From Octopus bimaculoides (Eukaryota): a stretch of DNA of 56,055 nt. Below are positions 36,975-49,133 of this stretch, in pieces; within the stretch, counting starts at the first letter, position 1; every line of letters begins with the position of its first letter. The position numbers and the translations under genes were made by a program. The DNA is taken from NCBI RefSeq assembly GCF_001194135.2, contig NC_068997.1, positions 33,115,796 to 33,171,850 of the forward strand, written 5' to 3'. The notes below the pieces were generated by a model that saw only the letters and a program-made list of their open reading frames with translations, was not told the origin of the DNA and searched no databases.

Positions 36975-37373
36975 ATTCTTTTATTCGTTTCAGCCATTTG
37001 ACTGCGATCATACTGGAACACCGGCTTGGGGGTTTTAGTCGAACAAGTCGACCCCAGGACTTATTTTTTTGAGCCTAGTACTTATTATATCAGTCTTTTT
37101 TGCTGAGTCCCCAAGTTACGGAGACGTCAGCACACCAACACCGGTTGTCAAGCGGGGATGGGGGTACAAACACAAACACAAAGACACATTTACATAGATA
37201 TATACATTTATATATACAGCGGGCTTCTTTCAGGATCCAGCTACCAAATCCATTCACGAGGCTTTGTCGATTCGAGGCTATAATAGAAGACACTTTCCCA
37301 AGGTGCCACACAGTGGGACTGAACCCGGAAGCATGTGGTTTGAAAGCAACACAGCCACGCCTATATATTTTTA
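36975..37373 (-). mobile_element. Two adjacent SINEs (family A2 at about 36975-37175; family B at about 37219-37373)
   Basis: CAGCCATTTGACTGCGATCATACTGG (A2 tail) and CTACCAAATCCATTCACGAGGCTTTG...CAGTGGGACTGAACCCGG (B body and head). Confidence 0.75.
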
Positions 37374-37579
37374 AAATATATTATATGTGTTTAATAAAAG
37401 TATATGTTATTACATATTAAAAAAATATATTATGCATCTTTTTAAACATATATATTATATATGTTGAAAAAATTATATCTATATATATTGGGCACAGCCT
37501 GTAGGCTGAAACTTGTAAAAGAATAAAAGAATACACGTTTTGAGTTCTATTTTCCTGTTAGTATAATCAAACCTATATA

Positions 37580-37591
37580 TGTGTGAATATA

Positions 37592-37627
<36 letters not shown>

Positions 37628-37638
37628 TATGTATATAC

Positions 37639-37698
<60 letters not shown>

Positions 37699-38392
37699 GT
37701 ACATACATACGTGCATACATACTCACACACATACATACATACATAAATATATGCATGCATACATACATACATACATACATATATACATAGGTGCAGTCAT
37801 ACATAAATACATACATGCATACATACATATACATGCATATACATGCATGTTTGTATGTATGTATGTATGTATGTATATACATTCATACATACATGCATAC
37901 ATACATACATACATACCAACATACATACACATACATACATACCAACATACGTACATACATACCAACATACATACATATATACAAATATACATATATATTC
38001 TCAGCTTCATGATTGTTTGTAGATATATAATTGTGTTATAAGCTGTTTCCATGTTTCTCCACATAAAACTATTTTTGTACGTGCAGGTATACGTATGCAT
38101 GTGAGCATGCTGTTGTATGTTTCCTCTTCACTATTACTATTGTGTTTCTATATCTAAGTTGTATGTAGTGAATTTATGTTCTTATCTAGGGGAAAATGTA
38201 CATGTACATATATTTCAGTATATATTTTTGTACATACTCTTGCATGTTGTATGTAATTACCATCAATGTGCGCTTGCGTGTGTGTGTGTGTGCTTGCGTG
38301 TGTGTGTGTGTGCTTGCGTGTGTGTGTGTGTGTGCTTGCGTGTGTATGTGTGTGTGTGTGTACTTGCGTGTGTGTGTGTGTGTGTGTGCGTC

Positions 38393-38425
<33 letters not shown>
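37580..38425. repeat. Compound microsatellite field (TA, TATG/CATA, TG)
   Basis: Directly visible. Similar fields lie at about 2565-2625, 14620-14883, 24120-24235, 24440-24590, 40112-40390 and flank most N gaps. Confidence 0.95.
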
Positions 38426-38426
<1 letters not shown>

Positions 38427-38576
38427 CTTTATATTATGGGAATGTTTATTTCTCTGTGTAGGTTGATGCACGTGTGTGAATTTATGTGGGTGGATGAAGG
38501 TACATGCTTCCTATCCATTATCTCTTTTTCCATCTCTCACACCACTGCTCTGAAATACTCTTTTTAATGTTTCAGC

Positions 38577-38630
<54 letters not shown>

Positions 38631-39301
38631 GTATTTCTCTGTCACTCTCCCTCTCTATCTCTCTACCTCTCTCCCTCTCGCTCTCTCTCTCTATATATAT
38701 ATATATGTATATATATACATATATATATATGCATATATATATATATATAAATATATATATNNNNNNNNNNNNNNNNNNNNNNNNNNNNNNNNNNNNNNNN
38801 NNNNNNNNNNNNNNNNNNNNNNNNNNNNNNNNNNNNNNNNNNNNNNNNNNNNNNNNNNNNNNNNNNNNNNNNNNNNNNNNNNNNNNNNNNNNNNNNNNNN
38901 NNNNNNNNNNNNNNNNNNNNNNNNNNNNNNNNNNNNNNNNNNNNNNNNNNNNNNNNNNNNNNNNNNNNNNNNNNNNNNNNNNNNNNNNNNNNNNNNNNNN
39001 NNNNNNNNNNNNNNNNNNNNNNNNNNNNNNNNNNNNNNNNNNNNNNNNNNNNNNNNNNNNNNNNNNNNNNNNNNNNNNNNNNNNNNNNNNNNNNNNNNNN
39101 NNNNNNNNNNNNNNNNNNNNNNNNNNNNNNNNNNNNNNNNNNNNNNNNNNNNNNNNNNNNNNNNNNNNNNNNNNNNNNNNNNNNNNNNNNNNNNNNNNNN
39201 NNNNNNNNNNNNNNNNNNNNNNNNNNNNNNNNNNNNNNNNNNNNNNNNNNNNNNNNNNNNNNNNNNNNNNNNNNNNNNNNNNNNNNATATATGTATATAT
39301 A

Positions 39302-39355
<54 letters not shown>

Positions 39356-39911
39356 AGTATGTATATATGCATGTATATGCATATGTATATACACATACAT
39401 ACATACATAGAAACATATATATATATATATCGATGTATATTTATATATACATCGATATATATCCTTATGTTTCTTTATATATTATTTAACCCTAACCCAT
39501 CCCCACTCTCACAGTAAGTCCCTTTCTCTCGGTTTTCTTTATCTCTGTCGACAATTATCTACATACAACCTGAGGCAAAGTATTCAGCAATTCAGTACAG
39601 AGAATGTATGCGCGCCTACACACCATACATTCGTATACACCCACGCATATGCACACACACACGAACAAATACAAACAAGTGAACGAACCAAGGCACTCAC
39701 ACACACACACATACTCACACACAAATGCAAACAAATACTTACAATCACAAGCACTGGAGAAAATATGTGCTTTACACCGCACATTTGCATGAGCGTCCAA
39801 ATACTTCAGAACCATGACACCCACCACCTACCCCGCCTCTGCTCTGCAGACATATGGGAACCTTACACTACAGGAAAGTAGGTGCCCACGTAATTTGTAC
39901 TGTAGCTGGTA

Positions 39912-40111
39912 ATATTGATTTCAAATTTTGGCATAAGTCCAGCAAGTTCGGGGCAGGGGCCTAATCGATTACATCGACTCCAGTATTCAACTGGTACTTA
40001 TTTTATCGACCTTCGAAAGGATGAAAGGCAAAGTCGACCTCGATGGAATTTGAACTAGGAACGTGAAGACGGACGAAATGCCGCTAATCATTTTGCCGGA
40101 CATCCTAACGA
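39912..40111 (-). mobile_element. SINE family A
   Basis: CTGGTACTTATTTTATCGACCTTCGAAAGGATGAAAGGCAAAGTCGACCTCGATGGAATTTGAACT is the reverse complement of the family A core. Confidence 0.85.
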
Positions 40112-40123
40112 GATAGATAGATG

Positions 40124-40173
<50 letters not shown>

Positions 40174-40217
40174 TAGATAGATAGATAGATACATACATAC
40201 ATACATACATACATACA

Positions 40218-40248
<31 letters not shown>

Positions 40249-40253
40249 GTATG

Positions 40254-40369
<116 letters not shown>

Positions 40370-40682
40370 TGTGTGTGTGTTTGTGTGTGTCTTTATACAC
40401 TAAAGTATGTATTTGAATTTCTCTGATTCGATGATAAGCCTCGTCAGGGGCTTTGAAACTTTAAGTCGCACAGAGTTTGAATCAAACTGTTTTGATCCAT
40501 ATGTATATAAACTCGAAAAGAAAAACTAGTCTACATCATTAAATATTGTCAGTGTTGCAGGCTTTCACTCTGAGTTATCCTCTCCTAGAGAGATGTTGTG
40601 ACAACAAAGACGCCTTCCTGTCACAGTCGGCTGACCGCGCGCCTGGACGCCAAGCCAGGTATTTACACGTCACTGCGCAAAT

Positions 40683-40870
40683 GTTGTCCATGTTCAGAGA
40701 GTGGGATTGGATTTATGCAAATCCTTTCTCCACTATAAAAAATCATCATGCACAGGCATCGTTTTAAAAAAAAGTAACAGCTATCACAAAAATGGCTGGT
40801 CGTAGCCTTCGCATGTGTGGGACTTTCGACCAGACGATGGCAATACTCGAATACTGGTTTGCAGCCACTA
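40683..40870. repeat. Unclassified ~190-bp dispersed repeat, copy 1 (inverted copy at 52541-52719)
   Basis: The first 60 aligned bases differ at 5 positions from the reverse complement of the 52.7-kb copy. Both copies end against TA runs. Confidence 0.75.
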
Positions 40871-40902
40871 TATATATATACATGCATGCATACATACATA
40901 CA

Positions 40903-40939
<37 letters not shown>

Positions 40940-41523
40940 ACAGATATATGTATANNNNNNNNNNNNNNNNNNNNNNNNNNNNNNNNNNNNNNNNNNNNNN
41001 NNNNNNNNNNNNNNNNNNNNNNNNNNNNNNNNNNNNNNNNNNNNNNNNNNNNNNNNNNNNNNNNNNNNNNNNNNNNNNNNNNNNNNNNNNNNNNNNNNNN
41101 NNNNNNNNNNNNNNNNNNNNNNNNNNNNNNNNNNNNNNNNNNNNNNNNNNNNNNNNNNNNNNNNNNNNNNNNNNNNNNNNNNNNNNNNNNNNNNNNNNNN
41201 NNNNNNNNNNNNNNNNNNNNNNNNNNNNNNNNNNNNNNNNNNNNNNNNNNNNNNNNNNNNNNNNNNNNNNNNNNNNNNNNNNNNNNNNNNNNNNNNNNNN
41301 NNNNNNNNNNNNNNNNNNNNNNNNNNNNNNNNNNNNNNNNNNNNNNNNNNNNNNNNNNNNNNNNNNNNNNNNNNNNNNNNNNNNNNNNNNNNNNNNNNNN
41401 NNNNNNNNNNNNNNNNNNNNNNNNNNNNNNNNNNNNNNNNNNNNNNNNNNNNNNNNNNNNNNNNNNNNNNNNNNNNNNNNNNNNNNNNNNNNNNNNNNNN
41501 NNNNNNNNNNNNNNNNNNNNNNN

Positions 41524-42052
41524 ACGTGGAGGAGGATCTGTGATGATCTGGGGAGCTGTATCTTGGAAATTCACTGTCCCAATGGTTTCCCTTCATGGCA
41601 GAATTAATAGTCAAGACTATTTAAGCATTTTATCTGATCAAATTTATCCTAAAGTTGCAGAACAGTTTCCGGAGGGAAACGCAATCTTTCAGGATGATAA
41701 TGTACCAATTCACACAGCTAAAGTTGTTACTGAATGGCACGAGGAACATTCTAGTGAAATTAAACATCTTATCTGGTCACTACAGTCCCCAGATCTCAAT
41801 ATTATTGAACATTTATGGTGCATTTTAGAAAGACAAGTAAGGAGTCGATATATCCCCACCATCATCACTACAAGAACTAGAGACCATTTTAGCTGAAGAA
41901 TGGACAAAAATTACTTTGGAAACAATTCAAAGTTTGTACGAGTCCATACCTCGTAGAATTCAAGCTCTAATTACTGCCAAAAGTGGTCCTACCCCATATT
42001 AAAATTAATTTGTGCGAAATTTTAAGCTGTTTCCATAATTTCTCCACCTCCT
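41524..42052 (+). mobile_element. Tc1-family transposon 3' part, same family as 1-547
   Basis: GGGSVMIWGAVSW...IFQDDNVPIHTAKVVTEWHEEHSSEIKHLIWSLQSPDLNIIEHLW, with a decayed right TIR. Confidence 0.92.
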
Positions 42053-42712
42053 ACATATATATATATATATATACATCTAATAGTGTATGAAACATATACG
42101 AAGAGAAAACCGCTATGTGGATTTCTTACATGCTAAAATTAGCAGTCGAAGCCTAAAACCACGAAAGAATATTCTTACATTTAAAGCACGTTGTTTTGTA
42201 CACGAGGAAAACATTTCAGTGAATAAAATATAGTAAACTTTATGCTTATAAGTTTCCCGATTACTGACCAAATAAATCAACTAATAAGATAATTAACTGA
42301 CTATTTAATCATCCGTAGCTCATCAACAAGGTCGCTAATTAAATGCATAAACATAAAATTGCAATACGTACCGAAAGCATAAAGTAAAACACATACGCAC
42401 TCAGTTCCATGTTTATACATCATCGATTCACCTCGGAATAAAAAAAAAAGCATCGATAGAATATGCACAAGGCTTTAAAAAAGTACTGGGGCCGATTAAT
42501 CGATTAAACCCTTCAATGTGGTGCCCCAGCATGGCTGCAGTCCAATGACTAAAATACGTAAAAGTTATAAGATAAAGATACATTCTGTAAGTAAAGGTAT
42601 CCAGTCCGTTGTAACATGACCCCTTCTGTGTTTCAACATTTACTATGTTCGCTTGTGTTTCTCAACTGATCTTAAATCACAGTCATATCTTGTTCTTCCA
42701 TTTTATAGTCGC

Positions 42713-42770
42713 TCGACTTACTAGAAATAGCAGCTAAATTTACCTCAAATTACACTCCCAAAGTCTTTAA
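42713..42770 (-). repeat. Dispersed repeat family C fragment (also about 43280-43340, 51850-52020, 55010-55075)
   Basis: Shared motif GACCTGCTAGAAATAGCAGCTAA.TT..CTCAAATCACACC or its reverse complement at four places. Confidence 0.55.
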
Positions 42771-43907
42771 AATAACACATTGGCAATTCATGTTTGAAAA
42801 AAAAAGACAGAATGACAACAACTGAAATCATTTTGATGACAGGTCTTACTTACTCAATCAAAGATGACCTGAGACCCAACAACAACAACAAACGCTTCAT
42901 CCCTCTTTCTCTAAACAAGAACATTATACAACGCCGCTGCCAATTACTCCCTGAACCATATCTCTCTACATCATCTTTGCACACTTCGTCCCATCAAGCA
43001 TTAATCTACAACTCAGGTTATGCAGGAATAGCATCGTTATACTATTTCACAGATGCTATCAGGAGATATGTCAAGAAATCGTGCACTCTTCTTCGGATAA
43101 CAGAGCTGTAACATCACCTTGTGACTATAGCTAGATGTAAGCTATCAGAAAGTGTCATTCTTCATAGTAAACTGTTTTATTGGATATTTGAGCATTTAGA
43201 TCGTGACCATCCTGTCTTTTAGGACTATCTATGCCTACATTATCTCATGTACTCGAATCTTTATCTTATTTAACATAATAGGTGGTGATTTAAGGTACAT
43301 TTGGTTGCATTTCCATCAGGTCAACTAACTATGTACAGGGACCAACGTGGCTTATCTTCTGGAGTTAGTCAGTAAGGCAAACCTCATGCTACGTCTGTAA
43401 CATAAAAACAGTTACAACTGTAATACCTACAACGATATTAGAAATATCAAAAGTCTCCCAACTCTCTTGAAGATACCACCTCAAAACTGATATTCCTTCG
43501 TACTCAATGTAAGCTTTGCAGCAAGACTCATGAAACTTAAACTTCAAGGACCCTAATCTCGGAAGAGCCCCAGAAATAGCCTTATTTTAATGAATGAATT
43601 TCTCTACATCATCAGATTTAACAGTGTTTATAAAAATCTCCATCTAATATATAGCAGTGAAGTCGTAATTTTTCCTAATAAATTTTTCTTCTTCTTAAGC
43701 GAAGAATAAAGAATGAAAATAGAAAAAGAAATGAATGTTTAATCCAAGGGCAGCAAAATTCTCGAGGAAACCTAATATACCGCTAAAAATGCCTGAAACT
43801 GTATAAAAAGTACAGCAGCAACAATAACAAAAGCACCAACCAAAAGCAGTGCTGAAAAAATGCAGTACACAAATGATATTTATCTCTTTCTTTCTCCCTC
43901 TGTGTGT

Positions 43908-43950
<43 letters not shown>

Positions 43951-44749
43951 CGCGCGCGCGTGTGTGTGTGTGTGTGTGTGTGTGTGTTGACATTCTCAAA
44001 ACTCATTTTTTTCCCTTTAAAATTTACATTAAAGGTAAGAAATCCTCCATATTTTCCAAAATTGCCAAACACCTTTTGCAGATCAAGTGTACGAGAAAAT
44101 TCACTGAATTGTCTTTGTTTTCTTTTACTCTGTTTATCTTAGTTTCTTTTATTTTTTTGTAAAGAATTTTATGTTTTATTTTGTTTCAGTTGAAAAGTTT
44201 TGTATTTAATTCAAATTCGAATAGCTTTACTATTTCGAATTTTAAAACGTTTCTTTTATTTTTACATTTTTCGTCAATCAATGGTTAATGATTTAGAATA
44301 ATTATTAAGTATTACAATAAAATAGTGATTCTTTAAACAACAGAAAGATGAATAAACGTTTAGGAATATTATGATGATGTACTTTATTCTGAAACTGCAC
44401 CTTAAAATTATTCTGAAGTGTCAACTCAGAAAGTTGTGGAGTCCACTCTCAGAAAGTTTTGAAGTGCACTCTCTAGAACCTGGCAACGGATCTTCTTATA
44501 GTCTAAAAAATTTAGCGTGTCTAAATTTATTTAGGCAATTCCAGAGAAATACAATTAGCGCGAGTTCTTAGTTTTCTTAGCTATTATTTAGAATGAGTGA
44601 CGGAGCAACTTCGATGATACTCTGTTATTGTTGACTGCGCATCACCTGATATATGTTGACTAGCTGGTAATTATGGTTTAGTACTGTTATAATGGAAAAC
44701 CCTACAAGAGATTTTAAACATTTTCATTAATAGAAAAGCATTCATTCAC

Positions 44750-45930
44750 GACTATATTTAACAAGATACAAATTTTAAAATATCTGTGATTGCACTCTTT
44801 AAAAACATTAACAGGTAAACAGACTATATATAATGTACATAGTCTGTTTACCTCAACTTTGCTGGTGGAAAAGGCTGTATCTGCTCTACATGAAGAAATT
44901 AAATATTTTGATATTTTGCAGGAGCTGTGCTTTCTTTCCTGGACGGGAGATACAAACCAAGCTGGACAAAATTGATTTTTCTCTGAAGAGCCCAATTGTA
45001 ACTGTGTAACTATGAAGAAATTAGGACAATCAAAAAGGGAAAAACAGAAATTTTTCAAACTCTCAAACATATTTTGTAAGAGAGAAACCTAAATGTAAAC
45101 AAGATACAAAGATACTAGAAATTAGTAAAGTTAGAATATGCTATTTAAACAGTTATTTAGAAAGATGTGTTGGAGTGTTTCAGTAAAACAAGTAAGAAAC
45201 TCCTAATTCTTGGTTTCAATGTATTTGAAGTTTACCTTCTGCCATCATCTTTGCTTTTAAAGAACTCCAAGAAAATTCAGACTGGACTAAATGCTTAGTT
45301 TGTATAAAGATATCACTTCAAGTTATTCTGATGCTTCTAAATGCATTGTTACCATAAAATCTTCAAATGGAACAAATGCTTCTTTGAATGGATATGACAA
45401 ATTTAAAATAGAATCTCTAAATCAGCTCTATAACTTCTTAGTAATCAAATTACATAAGAGAATTAACTTTGCAGATTGCAAAGTTCAAGTTCCTCTCAGA
45501 ATTGGTACACAATTCTGTAATTGATGAGGATTGTATTAAACTTATAATATCATATTACAAATATGATATTAACAATAAAATAGTAAATGAGTGTCATCAG
45601 TTCAGAGAATATTTGCATCTTAGAAAATTTCGTAACACAGAAGAAAACATGCCATCCAAAATGCAATGCACAGAAACTTTACAGTTTACTTATGAGCAAT
45701 ACCAAGTTGAAATGTTCCCTAATATTACTATTTCACTTAAGCTCATGCCTATCATAAGCTATGAATCTGAAGGGAATCTCTCTAATTTTTTTTTATGAAG
45801 AAAAAAGTTCAGTCTACCATAACTGAAGAACGCTTAAATTCATTACCCATATTGTCTCCAGAAAATGACATTGCAAAGCTCCCATATAACACAACTTTGC
45901 ATGAAAGAAAAACACAGGAGATGGAGTATT
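44750..45930 (+). mobile_element. hAT-superfamily transposase remnant (C-terminal dimerisation domain)
   Basis: NKIVNECHQFREYL...EMFPNITISLKLMPIISYESEGNLS...QSTITEERLNSLPILSPENDIAK matches the hAT C-terminal FPN..A.ERSFS..RST...RL..L pattern. The upstream boundary is approximate. Confidence 0.75.
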
Positions 45931-46409
45931 TTGTAATATAGGCTTCATGTAGTATGAGTCCCTATAAGTTTTTAAAACGAAAGTTTATATTAACCCTGGT
46001 TTTCGTTATGAATATAAATAAAACCTTGTTTTCATTCCCCTATAAATAGAAAACTATAAAGTTTAGGGAACTTTTATTCACGCCAGTGTCTTCTATACGT
46101 GAAAATCTCAGAACAGTAATATAAATCAAAATCTGAAAGTACTAGTGAGATTTCATTTTTCAATTTGTAGTGATATCTCATGGAACAAACATACTGCAGA
46201 GGATAACAGTGGTTACCTTGAGTTCGATTCTGGTAGAAAGGGACTCGCTGCAAGTCCTCATTTTAAAGGACTTCACTCAAAAACACCGTTTCACGCTCCT
46301 TGAACCTTTCAGACTTTACTGGATGTTACCTTATTGTTACTGGTTGGCCTATTGTCGCTGATTACCCTATTGTCGTTGGTTTTGATGGTGGTCCTATAAA
46401 AATTCAAGC

Positions 46410-46570
46410 TTCAGGGCATCAAAAGTATAGGTCCGCCACTGCTCACAGTACCAATATATCAGACATTTACACGAAGAAGATTGTCCTTTATCAGGAAGAT
46501 CGCGTCTTATGTAAGTGTTGAACTACTGAGAGCGGTTGGTTGCTTCACAACTCTACATTGTTGAGTAAGG
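46410..46570 (+). mobile_element. Possible decayed PLE GIY-YIG C-terminus
   Basis: HQKYRSATAHSTNISDIYTKKIVLYQEDRVLCKC*TTESGWLLHNSTLLSKD loosely resembles SAVAEH..GH.I.W..KIL.QE....RK..E.I.I..H...LN.D. Confidence 0.35.
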
Positions 46571-47313
46571 ACTGAAGAAGGTAAATTACATGCAATAAAT
46601 TATACCTGAACGATCTTACAAGCTTGTAGCAAACATTGAAAGGGAAAGATTTGCTTTTAGGCCATGAAGTACTGTGCTGTAATATGGTCAGTTTGGTTTT
46701 ATGTCGTGACACCGGCTTCTTTCTTCTTTGTGTTTGTCTGTTGTTGGTTGTTGTTTGGCATTAAATGTGCTTCACTCCTGGTCCACCTGAGATAGCTGAA
46801 CGGATGACTGATACAATTTCTTCGCCATCATTTCTATCAATTAAAGCACGTAACCGCCAAACCTCTAAGTGTGTCTCGCGCATCTGCGCTGATGCTCATA
46901 TACGAAGAATACTGAAGAATATATGAAGAAAACTACGCCAAAACTCACCAACTGAGACGTTCACTCACCAACAAAAAACATAACCATACAGCAACAAAAA
47001 TAACAGAAGCAGCAGTAGCCGCAGCAACATCAGTGATAATGAAATCAAGAACAATATCAATATCATAAAAACAACAACATTGATAACAGTAAGAAAATGA
47101 ATTACAATAACAAAAATAATAACAGCAATACAAACAATACAAAGCATGCTTTGATTGAAATTAGAAATGCCATGTTCAGTGTCACGTGAAATCGTGATTG
47201 AGATATGAGAGACTGATGCAGTTAGAGAGGGGAGAGAGGGAGAGATGAATTGNNNNNNNNNNNNNNNNNNNNNNNNNNNNNNNNNNNNNNNNNNNNNNNN
47301 NNNNNNNNNNNNN

Positions 47314-47381
47314 GAGGAGGAGGAGGAGGAGGAGGAAGGGATGAGGTGCAGATGGTAGTGATGGGTTGGTGAGAACTGTTG

Positions 47382-47413
<32 letters not shown>

Positions 47414-47460
47414 GGTGGTGGTGGTGGAGCAGGAGGAGGGGGAGGGCAGAGGAGGAGGAG
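47314..47460. repeat. Compound trinucleotide microsatellite (GGA/TTG/TGG)
   Basis: Directly visible. Confidence 0.9.
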
Positions 47461-48123
47461 ATGTGAATTTCAGTTCCAATTACAAATAAATTGGAAACAT
47501 ATTACTGAGATAGAACCACTGCTAGTACAACAACAACAACCACAATCACTTTAACATCTACCACCACCATCACCACCACCAACACCTCAACTACTTGCAC
47601 AACACTAATTATTCAGTCGTTTTCTATTTCCCTAATTGACAGTCTTTGTTGTATTTCTCACTTGTTTCTCTTCTGTTTGTCAATCACTCTGTGACGTTTT
47701 ATTCATGTCTATATACATGGCGTACGTGTTTGTAGACACACCTATCAGCTCTGATTTTGTCTTGTGTGAGTGCGTGTGTTGCTGTAGGTATCTTAAAATG
47801 CATCTGAGTTCAGGTACGTACGATTGTCTTCGAGCTCATATACTGCTTGCCAGTTTAATAAGTTTAGTCTATCCATCTCATCTACCGACTCAGTCAGGTA
47901 TACTTCCACACTGACTACAAATACAACTTTTCCGCATTTTATAGACCTACCGACTGAAATATATACTCGAACCGCCATATTCCAATGAATTGACGAAAAC
48001 AAGATCTTAAAAAGTTGGCCACTCCAATGTGAGTTCCGATCATTAACAAATCTCTCAATGTAAGTGTAACCAAAAATTATGTTCGGTTCCACCTTCTCTG
48101 ACTAAAGGTTACATACAATATTA

Positions 48124-48336
48124 CTTCCAAATTTTGTCACAAGGACAGTAATTTCGTGGGAGAGAGTAAGTTAATTACATCGACCCCAGTACTCAACTGG
48201 TACTTATTTTATCGACCTCGAAAGGATGAAAAGCAAAGTCAACTTCGGCGGAATTTGAACTCAGAACATAAATACGGACGAAATGCCGCAAAGAATTTTG
48301 CCCGTGGTGCCAACGATTGTGCCTGCGCGCCGCTTT
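48124..48336 (-). mobile_element. SINE family A
   Basis: Reverse complement of the full family A body (CCCCAGTACTCAACTGGTACTTATTTTATCGACC...GGAATTTGAACTCAGAAC). Confidence 0.85.
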
Positions 48337-48419
48337 AAAATTGAAGGTTACAATATTAGTGGCAATTATAATTGCTCTTATATTATGTGCAGTAAGTTCG
48401 TTGTTGTCACTTACCTGTG

Positions 48420-48760
48420 GTGTACTTCCAATTCTACTCAGTTGACAACGGTCAAGAATATTGCTGCTCCTAATCTTATCTTTTATAATGCACAGATAGA
48501 GCATATCTAAGTTGTCCTGAACACGTATTAGTTTTCTACATAGTAACCATGTTACAATACCATACAATGACATTAAATATGCCAATTCTTTGTAGAAATT
48601 AGACTTTGCTTTAACTTTGTAAGCATCGACAGGTCTTTGACAGAGGAAATCAAGCTATCACGAAAAACTATTGGCAATGCGCCACGCAGCTACTATTCAA
48701 TAAAGTCACCAGCAAATACAAAGTTGTCAGTTATTTTTGTATTGTTTCTGGATCCTGGGG
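48420..48760 (-). mobile_element. Old RTE LINE remnant
   Basis: LYGIVTWLLCRKLIRVQDNLDMLYLCIIKDKIRSSNILDRCQL parallels the RTE LYGSETW...KI.N.EVL.R region, as in LLYSSETWTTYR of the neighbouring copy. Confidence 0.5.
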
Positions 48761-49133
48761 TGGGCCTTTTGGATTTAAAGAGAACTCTGCTAAAATGAGA
48801 AGGAATCTCAAGCCCATTAAATATAGTCTCCAAGATCGCCATGAAAAAATCAGAATAAAACTACAGAGAATAAATATCATTCTTACTCTCTTACTCTCTC
48901 CCTTTTCCTTCTCTCCCTCTCTCTCTCCCTTTACTCTCCTTCTCTTTTCTCTCTCTCTCTCTATTTCTATCTATCTTTTATATATATATATATATTAAGC
49001 GTAAATTCTGTTTTCAATTTACGTTTAATATATTCTTTCACCTCTGCCACTATCCGTCATATACAGGTGCTTACACTTATCAAGTATTACCTTTAAAATT
49101 TACAGTACCTACGTTTTATATATATATATATAT

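Noticed and set aside
43585-43620. Minus-strand CTGATGA-TGTAGA-GAAA
   Set aside because: Stem II is only 1 bp and there is no stem I; expected by chance.
48345-48600. Hydrophobic + strand peptide (VTILVAIIIALILCA) and strong GTAAGT donors on both strands suggesting a host exon
   Set aside because: Short, stop-bounded and AT-rich; most of the interval (from about 48420) is better explained as a decayed RTE fragment on the minus strand.
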